The notes under the pieces are model-generated. The model had not been told where the DNA came from. It saw nothing but the letters and a program-made list of their open reading frames with translations, and did not search any database. A stretch of DNA of 64,000 nucleotides. Origin: Cyanidioschyzon merolae. Lineage: Eukaryota. This document shows positions 21,488 to 33,238 of this stretch, one piece after another. The stretch is from assembly GCA_000091205.1 (NCBI GenBank), contig AP006490.2. One strand, written 5' to 3'. The position numbers were made by a program, and so were the translations under genes. Each line of letters starts with the position of its first letter. The first letter of the stretch is position 1.

Positions 21488-22617
21488 TCAGCTGGCATCT
21501 ATTTCCTGTCTGAGGACGCCCCTCGGGGTCGTTCTTTACGTCGTTTGTGTCGCTTGAAACGGTATGGAGGCATTCCCAAATGAAAACAGACAGGTTCCAG
21601 CCCGTTCGCTCATCCATGGAGCGGCATCGCTACATAGTAGCGACTCAGTGCGAGGAGCAGTCGGGCCTCCTGAGATTGACTCCGAATCCGCAACCGGTCT
21701 CTGGCGGGACAGAGCGGCATCCTCAGCAGCGGAGACGTCTGTGGAGGCATTGCTGGCAGCTCAGAACGCACTCGCAATGCGCGAGCTTAGCATCCGCAGG
21801 ACCTACATCGCTGGATTGACCTATCGTATATCCCATTAAGCATTCGTGTGCTGGAGGTCGTAGACCGTGCAAGCGTCCATAAGTAAAATGTTGCTGAGGC
21901 CCCGCAGACGGATAGAGATTCCTTTTTGCAGCAAAGTCTATTCAAAGTTATGCAGCCGGTGCCATAGCAGGGTCCAATGGTTTCTGCTCCGAGTGCAAAA
22001 GGAAGTCAGGCATTGGGAGAATTCTGGATTCATGCATCGACCGTCGACCAAATCAAGGCTGGCGAAGGCATGCACTAGACCCGTGTCAGATTAGAAGGAA
22101 ACACTGGGCTAGTAGCTCGGTTCTCGGCTTGAGATTTTTCTAGATTGTTTAGATTGCACGTCTCGAGGTTCGAACGGCAGCTAGAGGGCCTAACGGATTC
22201 ATACGTAGTTTCAGGATTCTCGCTTGTCTTTTCAGAGTGGCTCTATCGATGTTTGGCGGCTCGCATCCGTTCCATGAGAGGAATCAGGATGATTCGCGAC
22301 GCCACTGAACATGGGTTCCTAAATTAACAGATATCTTTATCGAGTCCTTTGGTGCAGGTCTGCAGTCTTCTCTTTTTCCTCCCTGTAGCATGTTCAAATC
22401 ACACATTCATCATGTCCTCGATCTTTATGTTTTTGAAGGTAACTCGTGGGCACTGATGTTCGCGCCTCTGGATTGGCGATGAGAAATGCTGGACGTCGTC
22501 CCGTGACGACTTGTTCACAAGCTCATACAGAAGGCGTACTGAACTTGTCACGTCGAATGATTCATGCCCTTCTAAAGACAAATTATGTTCCCTTTTGTGG
22601 CCTGCGACGAATGGTAT

Positions 22618-22748
22618 TCCAGAGCAACCGCATGATACGTGACACTGGATACGCTACCAGAGGCACCCGTGTCCTCTGAAAGGAATCCAGAGCAACAGCA
22701 CGATACCTGACACCGGATGCGCTACCAGAGGCACCCGTGTCCTCTGTT
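22618..22748. repeat. Tandem duplication, ~67 bp x2
   Basis: tccagagcaac.gcatgatac.tgacac.ggatacgctaccagaggcacccgtgtcctctg repeated head-to-tail. Confidence 0.6.
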
Positions 22749-23518
22749 ACCGTGGAAAAGGGTCCTGGACCCCGACTTGCATCAACGTCGCAATTACTCC
22801 CAGTGGGGAGTGCACCAACGCTTTGGGCGAAGGGAGCGTAAAAGGGTCGAAATCGCTCGAATTGCTTTCTAGCCTGAGTTTCCCTCCTGGTGCTTGTTTC
22901 ATCATGGACAACATCGGGTTCCACGAATCCTCTGTCGAATGGAACATCCTGCGACTGCGCCTTCAGCGGACTGAGAACTCACCTGGTGAACAGCGCAGAA
23001 AACGTCACTGCTGGTATTATAGGGTATCGGGCTCGGCAGCCGAATAGATGCAGCGAGCGGAGCCTTCTTTTCCCGTCAGGGCATGTACAGGACGATGACG
23101 CAAGTGTTCACGCCCCAGAGGGCAGCGCTCGGAGGAAGGTTCGTGGTGGGCATATGGGAACACCTGATAAGAGCAACTAGTCACCACTACGACGGGTGCA
23201 TCTAGATTGCATACAAAAAGGATGAACAGGACAACCGCAGATCGCAGCAATCGCCCGTATATGAAATGCATCGACAACAACCGGAATCGGCGAAATCGGA
23301 ACTTGATCGCTGCGATCAACATCCATCGACTGCTTGCAACGGAACCGGAAGAGGCAGGAGAGACCAGCATGTTCGAAGTCGCGACATAAGCGAGAGGAAA
23401 AGGAAGCAGTTCCAGAAACTGTCTACCAAGGCTCGTGTTCATGATAGTGGAAGAGAATCCCACCGTAGAAAGTACTTGCGTATGATCCAGCTGGACCCGT
23501 TCTATTTTGGTGTTATGT

Positions 23519-23668
23519 GAGCATTGAGCTCACCAGCCTATGAATTAATAGGCGTTCACAGCGGATCATGAGCGTTGAGCTCGGCAGCCTGTGAATTGAT
23601 TGGCATTCACAGCGGATCATGAGCGTTGAGCTCGGCAGCCTATCGATGGATTGGCGAATAGCGCTTCA
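23519..23668. repeat. Tandem repeat, ~51 bp x3, overlapping the first ATG of the downstream membrane-protein ORF
   Basis: gagcRttgagctcRSCagcctRtSRatKRattRgcRWWYAcagcggatcat repeated three times; the ATG at 23619 is part of the repeat unit. Confidence 0.6.
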
Positions 23669-25568
23669 ATTGGCGCATTCGACGCTGCACACATTGCGTC
23701 CGTTGATCCCCAGTGAGGCGATAGCAGGTAAACCTGCGGTGTCTTGTCTCAAGCGCCCGTTGAAAAACTCTCGGTGTCTCCGCTTGTCGTGCAAAAAGCA
23801 CGTGTTCTCTAACACCGTTTTTTACAGTCACATGTACTCATGCTCGAAGCTGTTGCGCTTCTTGCTCGTAGTGATCGCTACCGGACTCAGTCCCGGCGGT
23901 ATGGCGCTAGCGAAAGACGTGTGCCCGTACTGTGCAGACCTCGGCCGAGCTTGTCAGGTTCAGAGCCAGCGCTGTGTGCCGTGCACCAGCTCTGCGAACT
24001 GCTCCTCGCTCCAGAGCTGTAACATCAACACGGGCTACTGCGATCCAAAGTCGCTCTTTCATCCCTTCGTATGGAACGATGGGATCATGGTGCCGCTTAT
24101 GTTCATTTCATCCGCAGTTCACAACGCTGCTGGTACTGGAGGCGGTACCAGTTACATCGCTTTGTTTGTGCTTGTTCTTGGCTTTCGAGTTGCAACCGCT
24201 AGCGCCAACTCCCACGCTTTCATCTTTGCTGGCATGATCGCGAATGTGCTGGTGAACCTGTGGGCACGCCATCCTTTCCGTGATATGCCTCGGATCGACT
24301 GGAACCTGGTTGCAACATCAGTGCCGCTCTTCTTGGCAGGCTCCAGTATCGGCGTATTTTTGAATCAGTTGTTCCCAAATTATTTTTTGTCACTTCTCCT
24401 GGCTTTCTTGATGCTGCTTCTCACGATGCTCGTCGTCTGGCTTGGTGTTCGTCTGACCTGGCGCGAGATGAAGCGACATCCTCTGGAGTCGAACAGAGAT
24501 CCATGCCCAGGCGATGTCCTCGCTGAACAGGACTCCCTGACTTGCGGACCAGAAACCTCGAAGGCACACACTAAGACCGCCATCGCCACAGACCTGAGCA
24601 TGGAAGACAAAACATTGCTGGAGCGCTCGAGAACGTCGACAACCGGTTCATTGGAGGCGTCGTCATGGACAGCTTCCACCGCGAAATCCATGGAAGCGTC
24701 GACTGCAGTTGCATCGCCAGGAGAATCTACACCGATCCCGCGCCTCGAGGGCGGAACCCTGCCAGGTATATGGCTACCGCGATGGCTGGACCCGCTGTTA
24801 CATTCGCGGACGCTCGACGAGATGATGCAATTTGAACGACCCTGGTTTCAATGGCGATATTGGTTGTTTCTCGCCTCATGCTGGAGCGTTCTTTTTGTTG
24901 CGCGATATCTTTCGGGATCTCGTGAAGCACGATCGCCCGTGGGCATGCCCCTTTGTGGCGTTGTTTTCTGGGTTGTTTTCGCTCTACAGGAGGCGTTTCT
25001 TGTAATAGCGGCCTTGGTTATGTGCCTACGGAACATTCGTCTGCGCCGACTAAGGGAATTACTTGGTTTTCCGAGGTATGTCGACGCGAACGACATGGGA
25101 GATTTCCCGCTCCACAGCGGATTTCTCGTCCCGTATATGAGTTTCACTTTTTTGGCTGGCATCCTCGATACGTGGATCGGAGTCAGCGGGAGTGCGCTGC
25201 TCGTTCCCTATCTCTACGTCCTGGGGCGCGTTGAACCTTTCACAGTGCAGAGCTCTGTTTCGGCGGTCATTTTCGTGACGTCATCTGCGGGTGCAGTTCA
25301 GTTCCTTGTCTACGGCAAGCTGATCATCAGCTACGCACTGTTCTATGGCCTCTGGTCACTGTTAGGATCACTGTTCGGTGTAGTTCTGGTTTACTACATT
25401 GCCCTAAGGTATCGAATGAAAGCCATCTTTCTGCTTGCACTAGCGGCTGCATGTGCATTTAGTTTCGGTACATTGGTCTACGTAGGTATTCGGAATGTTG
25501 TGCATGTAGCAGCTGCCGATGCGGGCTGGGTCTTTAACAGCATATGCTCGGCTGCCAGCAGGGCGTGA
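23619..25568 (+). CDS. Multi-pass membrane protein, TauE/SafE (DUF81) anion-exporter-like, with Cys-rich N-terminal ectodomain
   Basis: Two TauE-like half repeats (HNAAGTGGGTSYIALFVLVLGFRVATASANSHAFIFAG and SGSALLVPYLYVLGRVEPFTVQSSVSAVIFVTSSAGA) plus multiple hydrophobic helices. A signal-peptide-like MYSCSKLLRFLLVVIATGLSPGGMA at 23832 is a plausible true start. Confidence 0.5.
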   Translation: MSVELGSLSMDWRIALQLAHSTLHTLRPLIPSEAIAGKPAVSCLKRPLKNSRCLRLSCKKHVFSNTVFYSHMYSCSKLLRFLLVVIATGLSPGGMALAKDVCPYCADLGRACQVQSQRCVPCTSSANCSSLQSCNINTGYCDPKSLFHPFVWNDGIMVPLMFISSAVHNAAGTGGGTSYIALFVLVLGFRVATASANSHAFIFAGMIANVLVNLWARHPFRDMPRIDWNLVATSVPLFLAGSSIGVFLNQLFPNYFLSLLLAFLMLLLTMLVVWLGVRLTWREMKRHPLESNRDPCPGDVLAEQDSLTCGPETSKAHTKTAIATDLSMEDKTLLERSRTSTTGSLEASSWTASTAKSMEASTAVASPGESTPIPRLEGGTLPGIWLPRWLDPLLHSRTLDEMMQFERPWFQWRYWLFLASCWSVLFVARYLSGSREARSPVGMPLCGVVFWVVFALQEAFLVIAALVMCLRNIRLRRLRELLGFPRYVDANDMGDFPLHSGFLVPYMSFTFLAGILDTWIGVSGSALLVPYLYVLGRVEPFTVQSSVSAVIFVTSSAGAVQFLVYGKLIISYALFYGLWSLLGSLFGVVLVYYIALRYRMKAIFLLALAAACAFSFGTLVYVGIRNVVHVAAADAGWVFNSICSAASRA

Positions 25569-26026
25569 ATGAAGGACGCACCCAACGCGCTGAAGCGTCG
25601 GTGCGCCTGGAAGCCCATGCGTAGAGTTCCGGTTTCTTCTACCGTGAAGTGACGCTCCTTGTACGTGAAAACGATCAAGAGGGTGCCCTCAGGCGTTGAT
25701 AGAGCCACACATGAGCATGGCTGATTCCATGGAAGCCCGAGATTCGCCATGATTAGGGTATCGAAGAGAAGTTCACTGCAGGGATCTACGCCGCTCCGAA
25801 GTCGCCGTTGCGCATCGTAAAGCCAGCCGCAGCATCCGATCAATCGATGTGTTTCATGGGGTACGGACGACTTGTGGCGAGTCTGGCGCACCTGCGGCTC
25901 GCCAGGGTCCGGTAAGGAATATCGACCGAGCGGCGAACTTTCAGTGCAGTGACGTGACGACGCAAGTACTGTGGGAATCTCTCGCTTTCGTTGCGCAGCG
26001 TGACCTTGCTTTCGCACACGCTGCAT
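25478..26026 (-). CDS. Hypothetical small protein (perhaps only the C-terminal ~90 aa from MANLGLPW is real)
   Basis: ORF only; no domain recognised. It overlaps the 3' end of the TauE-like CDS by about 90 bp. Confidence 0.2.
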   Translation of the reverse strand: MQRVRKQGHAAQRKREIPTVLASSRHCTESSPLGRYSLPDPGEPQVRQTRHKSSVPHETHRLIGCCGWLYDAQRRLRSGVDPCSELLFDTLIMANLGLPWNQPCSCVALSTPEGTLLIVFTYKERHFTVEETGTLRMGFQAHRRFSALGASFIHALLAAEHMLLKTQPASAAATCTTFRIPT

Positions 26027-27593
26027 GGCGCAAATGCTTGTAATGTGAAGTCATGGTAGACAGGTACCTGACGCGTACAACAGCACTGTAGCATTCTGAA
26101 TAGAACCTTTAAACTGTGTAGCAAACATTGGCCATTGGCAAAAAAATCCAACTGCCTGAACTGCCACTCGGTTGTTTAGCAGAGCCTGTGCGTCAAAGCA
26201 GCACCCATTGCAATCGTGCGAGTGCAAACCGCAGCGGCCGCGCACAAGGTATGCGACGAAAGTTTGTTTTCTCTGGACCGTCACGAAAAGCGGTTGTGGA
26301 CGCTCTCACAGATACCAGACTCCAGTATCTCATTGAAAGGTACTCACAGCTTCCGCGCACGTCTCATTTAAGAAGAACCGCTTCTGTTAGTTCAGCATCA
26401 TGGGAGCGCCTCTTTTATTCCTCAAGAGTTCGAGCACCATCGCGCTATTCTCGCGTTCTCCATGACCTGGTCTCCCGTCACCTGGTTTCCCGATGTTCGG
26501 CGTGACGGTACCTGTGGGGCTCTCTTTGCAGTGCAGTTGTGGGTACAGAGCCAACTTGCTCTTGCCTCATATCAAATCGATGAGTCTGTTGAGGTTCTCG
26601 AAGACGCGCTTCCATCGCCTGTAATCAGTGACAAGACCGCAGTTCCGCCACTGACGCTTTGCAGTTGTGCCAGCTACTCGCCACTGTGCCCGTCCGGATT
26701 GTAGGATGGACTGGTGCAGCAAACCTGTAGCTAATGTTTCTGTCGCGGTCGCTGCTCGGAGGTACAACCGATATGGTGTACCCGTGCGGTGCCTTTCTCG
26801 AAACACTAGTGCAACGGCGCTCTGGACTCGTAGACACTTTCTTGTACAGAATGCCAGCTCGCCGAACCTAGACCAGTGCCCCTGGACGCATGACTTGGAC
26901 CGGGAATCAGGGCGGAATCCACCATTCCTTTCAAAACGTTTCCACACACTGAACAAGCTTCAACCGTGTTTTCCCGTCCAGCACGCACACGAGATCCGTT
27001 CAAAAGCCATTCGCATACCAACTCGACTGTCAACGTTTGCTGCGTTTCTGGGTGAAGCACAACTGCCGTCAGCGCTGCGCAGTCTGCTCGAGATCAGAAG
27101 AGCGCGCCTCCGGGCCTCGTGCCGCTCCCGTTGCCTGCACTGGAGCGCCCCAGACGCGAGCGTTGCTGCATCCCGGCAATCATAGACACCGATCAGAGAA
27201 CTTCGCACTCTTCTCGTAGTTTTCGATGGGATCGAAGCGATACACGCAATCGAGGTCCCAGAAGAGATCCAGTTGTCTGTGAATCGATCGTGCGCATCGC
27301 AGCGATCGTTACTTCAAACGGCAACACAAAACGCTATCAGCCAGCATGGGCATCAACGCGATCGTGTGAAAATCACGTCACGTTGGCGAACGTGCGGTGG
27401 CGGCGCTGGTATGCGATGACGATCGAATCACAGCGCTGCCTGCTGCTGCGCTGGTACCCGTGCGGTGAAGCGCTGCCACAGGCGCAGCGGATAGACCAGG
27501 TGTGGTCTCGTCTGTACTCCACCAGCTTCGGTATTGTCACCTGCACCTCACGAATACAGGAAAGCGGAGTGTGCGCGCTTTGAAGCTCTGATA

Positions 27594-30584
27594 ATGGAGG
27601 CGGGTATAGGTTCGGAGCGGGCTGCTTACGTAGCGGGTACGGGGCGCGCGGAAACGGCAGTTGAAACGGTGCACGGACCGCCTCTAGTTCCCGAGCACGC
27701 TGACGTTCGTGACCCACACGGGCTTCGTGACTTGCGGCCAAGCACCCGGGGTCTGCGTTCTGCTCAGTTTCGAGCGCTTCTCATCAAAACGTACCATTAT
27801 CAGCGTCGCCAATGGTGCGACTCTGTCTGCATCTTTCTCATGCCCTTCGTTTTCCTACTTGCGGCGTTTATTCTCGGGAAGATCGTGAACTCCTCTATCA
27901 CACACAAACAAGTAACTGCTGCAGAGCAGAATCCGCGAGGCGGATTCGCACCGACTTTCTTTGACCCTAACCTCTGCGCCGAATACGGCTCCTTGGGTTG
28001 CGAGCTTGGGCCTTTTCTGCCCGCAATCGACATTGCAGTCGGCGGGGTTTCCGTGGACGTCCCACTGGTGTTCCCGTACGCGGGGCCAGCGAGCTCTGCG
28101 ACCAACCTCGGCCGCGTGAACTATGCTATTTGCAATCCCCTGTTTTCGACTTCTGCTTGCGAAGCGCTTGCTGCAGCCGGACCGTCTGTCCGAGAGGGAC
28201 TCTTCGGGAACTTTACGCTGCTCCCCTTTCTGTACAACGGCTCAGATATCTACAACGTCAACGATCTGTTGCTCAAGGTGTTTAGTAACGATACGTCCAA
28301 CAAGCGCTACCAAGCCCTGGTCAATTCCTCAAAGGCATCGCCCTCGTATCTGAACAACATCTATGGACTGAGTGTGGAGAGCTTTGGCGATGGATCCAGT
28401 GGCCGGGAGGCGCTTCTCCGCCAGCTGTACAATGTCTTCTACACCAGCGATCGTTACGCATTTCCGCAGTATTTCGGTGCTTACGTAATCTCCGATACGA
28501 GCTCGTTCCCGAATATCTCTGCGACCGTCTACTACAACAATACCAATCTGAATCTACCGTATCAGTCGCTTCCGTTGACAGTGCCTGCCAATGAGTTTTG
28601 CTATCCAGACGGCAACTGCCAGCTTATCGCGGGAGTCAGTCACCTGTACGACGTTGTCGCCAAGGCGAACGGCAAACTCGGAGTCGAGAATTTGCTGCGT
28701 ATTGTGCCCAAGGTCAAGGGTATTCAGTCCAATTTCAATTTTGTACAACTCGTGACCGCAGTGCTGATTGGCATTCTCCTGCATTTCATGATACCCTCAA
28801 TCCTACGGAATCTGGTGATGGAGCGTGAGAGCGGCATCCGCCAAAACATGCTCATCATGGGCTTGCGACTCCCGACCTACTACGTGGTGACGTACCTCGG
28901 TTTTCTGTTGATGTACCTTTTGGTCATGATCAGCACGGTCATCTTCGGCTTAGCATTCCGTATTCCTTTCTTTACGCTGAATACACCGCTTCTGTACTTT
29001 GCAACGTTCCTGCTCTGGGGACTAGCGATGATATCCTTCTGCATGTTCTTGGCGCCGTTTTTCTGGGAACCGTCCACTGCGCTGATCCTGGGCTGGACCT
29101 ATGTCGTCGTCATCAACTTTATTGGCGGCCAGTATATAGGGAACCTATTTACTTACGGAGCGTCGTCGGCGACGTTCTTGGCCACATTCCTGCTGCCGTC
29201 GTTCAGTTTCTTCTATTCAGTCTACTACGCCGGTGGCGTCAACGTTGCCGGTGTTGGCATCCATGTCAGATCCGATAACACCACCGTTCCAGGGGTCAAT
29301 CTGGGCATGTGTGCTGGAAATTCACTCATTTGCTACTCATATTTATACCTGGCTGTTGAGGCAATCGTTCTGCTGCTCATTGGTCTCTACTTGGACCAGG
29401 TTATCCCGCATCGGTTCCAGGTTCGAAAGCATCCGTTGTTCTTCCTCGGTTTCAAGCGCCGCGTAGCGTCAAAAGTTGTCATCGATGAAGAGAAGGCGAA
29501 CACGCTCACATCCAAGGCGGCTATCGACAGTAGCGTGCAGGCCGAGGAAGAGGCTGCTGCTGCAGCGCTTGCCGTTCCGTACGATGAGAATGCACCGAGC
29601 GTCTGCATTCATAGGCTTTCAGTCGCTTATCCCGGCAGGCCACCGTTCCACGCGGTTCGGGGCCTCTCGCTTGCATTGCGACGCGATGAGACTTTCGCAA
29701 TTATCGGCCAGAACGGTAGTGGCAAATCCACGACCATGAATTGCCTTACCGGCCTGCTTGATATCACGTCGGGCGATGTGCGTATCCTTGGTCTCGAGGT
29801 CCCAGGCGATCTCAATGAAATCCAACTACAAATGGGTGTGTGTCCGCAGTTTGACGTGCTTTGGAGTGATCTCACCGGAGAGGAGCACCTCTACTTCTAC
29901 GCCAGGCTGAAAAATGTCCCGCGGGCAAAAATCCGCTACGCTGTCCAGGACGCTCTGGAAAGCGTGCGGCTGGATGCGCCCCATGTACGGCACCGTTTGG
30001 CGCGAAAGTACTCCGGTGGGATGCGTCGACGACTCTCTGTGGCGATTGCCTTGATCGGGGGCAGCAAGCTGGTCATTCTCGATGAACCATCCACGGGTCT
30101 TGACCCCCAGTCGCGGTACGATTTGTGGGCCTGTATTCAGCAGCACCGTGCCGGGCGGACGATTCTGCTGACAACCCACTCGATGGAGGAGACGGAACGT
30201 CTCGCCGACCGTGTTGGCATCATGTGTATGGGTCAGATGCGAGCCATTGGAAGGCCGAATGAATTGCGTTTGCGTCTGGGCCAGGGCTATCGACTGGTAC
30301 TGCAGACAACACTCTCGCGAGCAGTGGTTGCACACGAACGCATTCTGGAAAAACTGAGTAGCAGGGCGGTTTTAGAAGCAACTGTTGGTGGTCAGTTCGT
30401 GTACATGCTTCCACGGGAAGACTTGCAGCTCTCGCAGGTGTTTGATGTGATGAACGCCATGCAGCTATCAGGCATCGTTACGGACTGGAGTGTTTCACAG
30501 GCCACCCTGGAGGATGTTTTTCTGCGTGTAACCCGCGAGGCAGAGCGCGAAGCCGAAGAGCATCGTGACAAGTGGGGCCTCTGA
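27594..30584 (+). CDS. ABCA: ABC transporter, ABCA-type half transporter (TMD-NBD)
   Basis: ABCA-like N-terminal TM helix plus large extracytoplasmic loop, six TM helices, then an NBD with Walker A GQNGSGKST, signature YSGGMRRRLSVAIAL, Walker B LVILDEPSTGLD and H-loop TTHSMEE. Start moved from the TTG at 27534 to the internal ATG (MEAGIG). Confidence 0.85.
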   Translation: MEAGIGSERAAYVAGTGRAETAVETVHGPPLVPEHADVRDPHGLRDLRPSTRGLRSAQFRALLIKTYHYQRRQWCDSVCIFLMPFVFLLAAFILGKIVNSSITHKQVTAAEQNPRGGFAPTFFDPNLCAEYGSLGCELGPFLPAIDIAVGGVSVDVPLVFPYAGPASSATNLGRVNYAICNPLFSTSACEALAAAGPSVREGLFGNFTLLPFLYNGSDIYNVNDLLLKVFSNDTSNKRYQALVNSSKASPSYLNNIYGLSVESFGDGSSGREALLRQLYNVFYTSDRYAFPQYFGAYVISDTSSFPNISATVYYNNTNLNLPYQSLPLTVPANEFCYPDGNCQLIAGVSHLYDVVAKANGKLGVENLLRIVPKVKGIQSNFNFVQLVTAVLIGILLHFMIPSILRNLVMERESGIRQNMLIMGLRLPTYYVVTYLGFLLMYLLVMISTVIFGLAFRIPFFTLNTPLLYFATFLLWGLAMISFCMFLAPFFWEPSTALILGWTYVVVINFIGGQYIGNLFTYGASSATFLATFLLPSFSFFYSVYYAGGVNVAGVGIHVRSDNTTVPGVNLGMCAGNSLICYSYLYLAVEAIVLLLIGLYLDQVIPHRFQVRKHPLFFLGFKRRVASKVVIDEEKANTLTSKAAIDSSVQAEEEAAAAALAVPYDENAPSVCIHRLSVAYPGRPPFHAVRGLSLALRRDETFAIIGQNGSGKSTTMNCLTGLLDITSGDVRILGLEVPGDLNEIQLQMGVCPQFDVLWSDLTGEEHLYFYARLKNVPRAKIRYAVQDALESVRLDAPHVRHRLARKYSGGMRRRLSVAIALIGGSKLVILDEPSTGLDPQSRYDLWACIQQHRAGRTILLTTHSMEETERLADRVGIMCMGQMRAIGRPNELRLRLGQGYRLVLQTTLSRAVVAHERILEKLSSRAVLEATVGGQFVYMLPREDLQLSQVFDVMNAMQLSGIVTDWSVSQATLEDVFLRVTREAEREAEEHRDKWGL

Positions 30585-31535
30585 GCGCCTCTGTTTTTTT
30601 CCGCTTGGTCGAAGCTGCAGCGCATATCTCGAGTGACGTACCTGGTCTGCGTCAGATCGATGCTGTTTGCACTGGGACACGGGAGGAATGCACCGCGCTT
30701 CCCCGCGGATCCGTGGACGCTACAAATCATAACGCTTTCGGTGCGCTAGCTGCTACTGAAGCTATTCCGCCATCGCGCCACAGAGAAAGCGCCTCAGCAT
30801 CTGTTCAAAGGCATGGTGATGGATGCAAGACTCAGCCGCCGTATCCTGCACCGAATGCAGACGCAACGTCGCCTCATGACAAAGAAGCTGACACCAGCCA
30901 AGTCGCACGTCGGGGCGGGAACTCCAAATGCCTGTCTGTGTGTGTTTATTTTTACCGAAACGCGTACGATGAACATTGTTGAGCGTTTGCGTTTACGCTC
31001 ACCAGTATGCGCTTGTGTGAACGTCTCTGTTTGTATTTGTGTTTGCACATATCCCGCGCACTTGCCTAGAATTGTAACCATGTTCGTTCGTAAAACTGTG
31101 CAGCGTCCACACGATTCAGTCTGGATACCCGTTTGCCCAAATTACGACCTGGATCCCGTTTCCAGGAACATCTCACTTGTTGTTCAGTGGTTTCGTTCAG
31201 TTACGCTCGCATTCAGCGAGATCCCCTAGTCGTGCATGATGTGTACGGGTGTCAAGTTCAAGTGAGCGTGCTCTCAACATCGCCAGTTCTCCGGCAGCTG
31301 GCGCGTCCCAGAAGCCCTCCACCAAGCATGGAATTTGAGGTCAGGTACACGCTGGAGCGCTCTCCGGGTGCTGATCACATCCTCGCTTGAATTTATAGCA
31401 GTACCCTCAGTACAGTTCAAATCTTGATCAGCAGCATATGTTGGGAGCGGTTCTGTTCCATTCGGGGCGATCGATGTACTTTCTACTGCGCGACGGGCGC
31501 TTCGAACTAGGGCGCCAAGCGTATAACCCGCGACT

Positions 31536-32555
31536 CTAAAACGGACTCAAAGAGCGGAGCGTTCGCCTCCATTCTCTACCACTCGGAAGGCACTTGGCTT
31601 CGTATTCGGGTAAGACCTCAGGTAGCCATCGAATGATCGCAGCAACGCGATCCTCATCAGCTGGATGGGTGGAGAGATAGCTCGGCGGTGAGCGATGTCC
31701 GCGCATAAGCTTTTCACGCAGCGCTTTCATCCTTTCGAACATGGGCGCCATCGCTTGTGGATCGAAACATGCTGCAGCCATCAGATGCAAGCCGATATAA
31801 TCCGCTTCACTCTCCATGCGTCGACTGAACGGCAAGGTCAGTAGCAACTGCATCAGCAAGTTCGTCAGGAGACGCGTATCGATGAACTGATTGATCACAA
31901 TCTGCAGTAGCAGGAGGATTTTGGCAAAGGCCAGCTTCTCCGCGCCGTGTCGTGCGACTGCATGGGCAATCTCATGCGCTAAAACTGCTGCAACCGAGTT
32001 TTCATCGACGAGGATCGGCAAAATGCCGGTGAAGACCGCGACTTTGCCACCCGGTAGACAGAACGCGTTCGGTTCGGGTGAATCGATGACGACAAATTCC
32101 CACTGATAGTGAACGCCTGGTGGACTGATCGCCTCCGCTGAAGCCGCGATTCGTTTCCCTATTCGTTCTACGTATCTACTCGTGGCAGAAGTTGCCGGCA
32201 AAATACGTCCATGGTATTGCGTCAGCACCATTTGGAAATTTGCCTTGCCGATGGCGGCCTCCTGGTCAGCAGATATATCGATCATGCGTCGCCGTTGGGT
32301 CAGCGGTGCCCGATCGATATGCACCACATAATAGACAACCCCACCAGCAAAGGTCACACCAATGAAGAGCCACTGTCTGGATGAGGGCGAGCCCCATGGA
32401 GAGGTTTCCTGCGACTGACGGCGACTGAAATAGACCTTAGTAGGCGGCCGCGGTGGTGACGGAGGAAATATTCCGAACCTGTGCTGCGCACTGCCAGTTC
32501 GCAAGTGTCGAATCGCCTGCCAGGCGCTCCGCAGCAGGTGCATGACGACGCGCAC
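31536..32555 (-). CDS. OMA1: M48-family zinc metalloprotease, OMA1-like
   Basis: NAFCLPGGKVAVFTGIL, HExxH in VLAHEIAHAVARHGAEK, ESEADYIGLHLMAAACFDP and STHPADEDR match the OMA1/M48 active-site blocks. Confidence 0.85.
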   Translation of the reverse strand: MRVVMHLLRSAWQAIRHLRTGSAQHRFGIFPPSPPRPPTKVYFSRRQSQETSPWGSPSSRQWLFIGVTFAGGVVYYVVHIDRAPLTQRRRMIDISADQEAAIGKANFQMVLTQYHGRILPATSATSRYVERIGKRIAASAEAISPPGVHYQWEFVVIDSPEPNAFCLPGGKVAVFTGILPILVDENSVAAVLAHEIAHAVARHGAEKLAFAKILLLLQIVINQFIDTRLLTNLLMQLLLTLPFSRRMESEADYIGLHLMAAACFDPQAMAPMFERMKALREKLMRGHRSPPSYLSTHPADEDRVAAIIRWLPEVLPEYEAKCLPSGREWRRTLRSLSPF

Positions 32556-33000
32556 CGCACTCTGCTACCGACAGTCGGCAGCGCGTAACGTCCGCTGGCG
32601 ACAGTGTGCAGACACGATGCCGACCTTGTTCACCACGACCGTGACAGGCACTATGCACTTTAGTGTCTGCTGAGGCTATCACACCACGTCGAGACAGGGA
32701 CGCGGCGAGCAGAAGCGTACAGCGCTGCGACGAGAGCGCTCCGGCAACGCCTACGAGCTGGCGGCGAGTGTCCGAGCGTCACTGTGCTTGCTGCTCGCCA
32801 CCGCTGGATCGCGCCTGTATCTATGACCGATCAGACTTTTACGGGAGTGCACGTCACCGGAGAGTTGAATACATGGAAAGCATTTTCGTTGTGCGTAATA
32901 TATGCATAAGGGGTTCGCTGCGCCCCTCAACTACGCGTGAAGCAGGGCGCGAAGTGCGGCGAGGCTGGCACGCCGACGTGCTATCGTGTCCGTATCGGGG

Positions 33001-33238
33001 GCAATCGAGGCAAGCTCGGCACCCGGAGGATCGTGCGAATAAATCATGACTCGCAAATGATAGATATGGAGATACATCTTTATTCATGAATGTATGACGC
33101 GCTGAAGCGCTCTCTAAGGAATCGCAATGACGCTACGTTACCATGGTGCATTTACACAGGCGTTGCGAAAGACATTGTTGCAGGCAATCGAGGCAAGCTC
33201 GGCACCCGGAGGATCATGCGAATGAATCATGATTCCGT
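33001..33238. repeat. Pair of 54-bp direct repeats (33001-33053 and 33185-33238) separated by ~130 bp
   Basis: gcaatcgaggcaagctcggcacccggaggatcRtgcgaatRaatcatga occurs twice. Confidence 0.55.

Noticed and set aside
8534-25568. A sulfur or anion transport cluster, since both a SulP sulfate permease and a TauE/SafE-like exporter occur in the window
   Set aside because: The two genes are 13 kb apart with unrelated genes between them, and operon-like clustering is not expected in a eukaryote; most likely coincidence.
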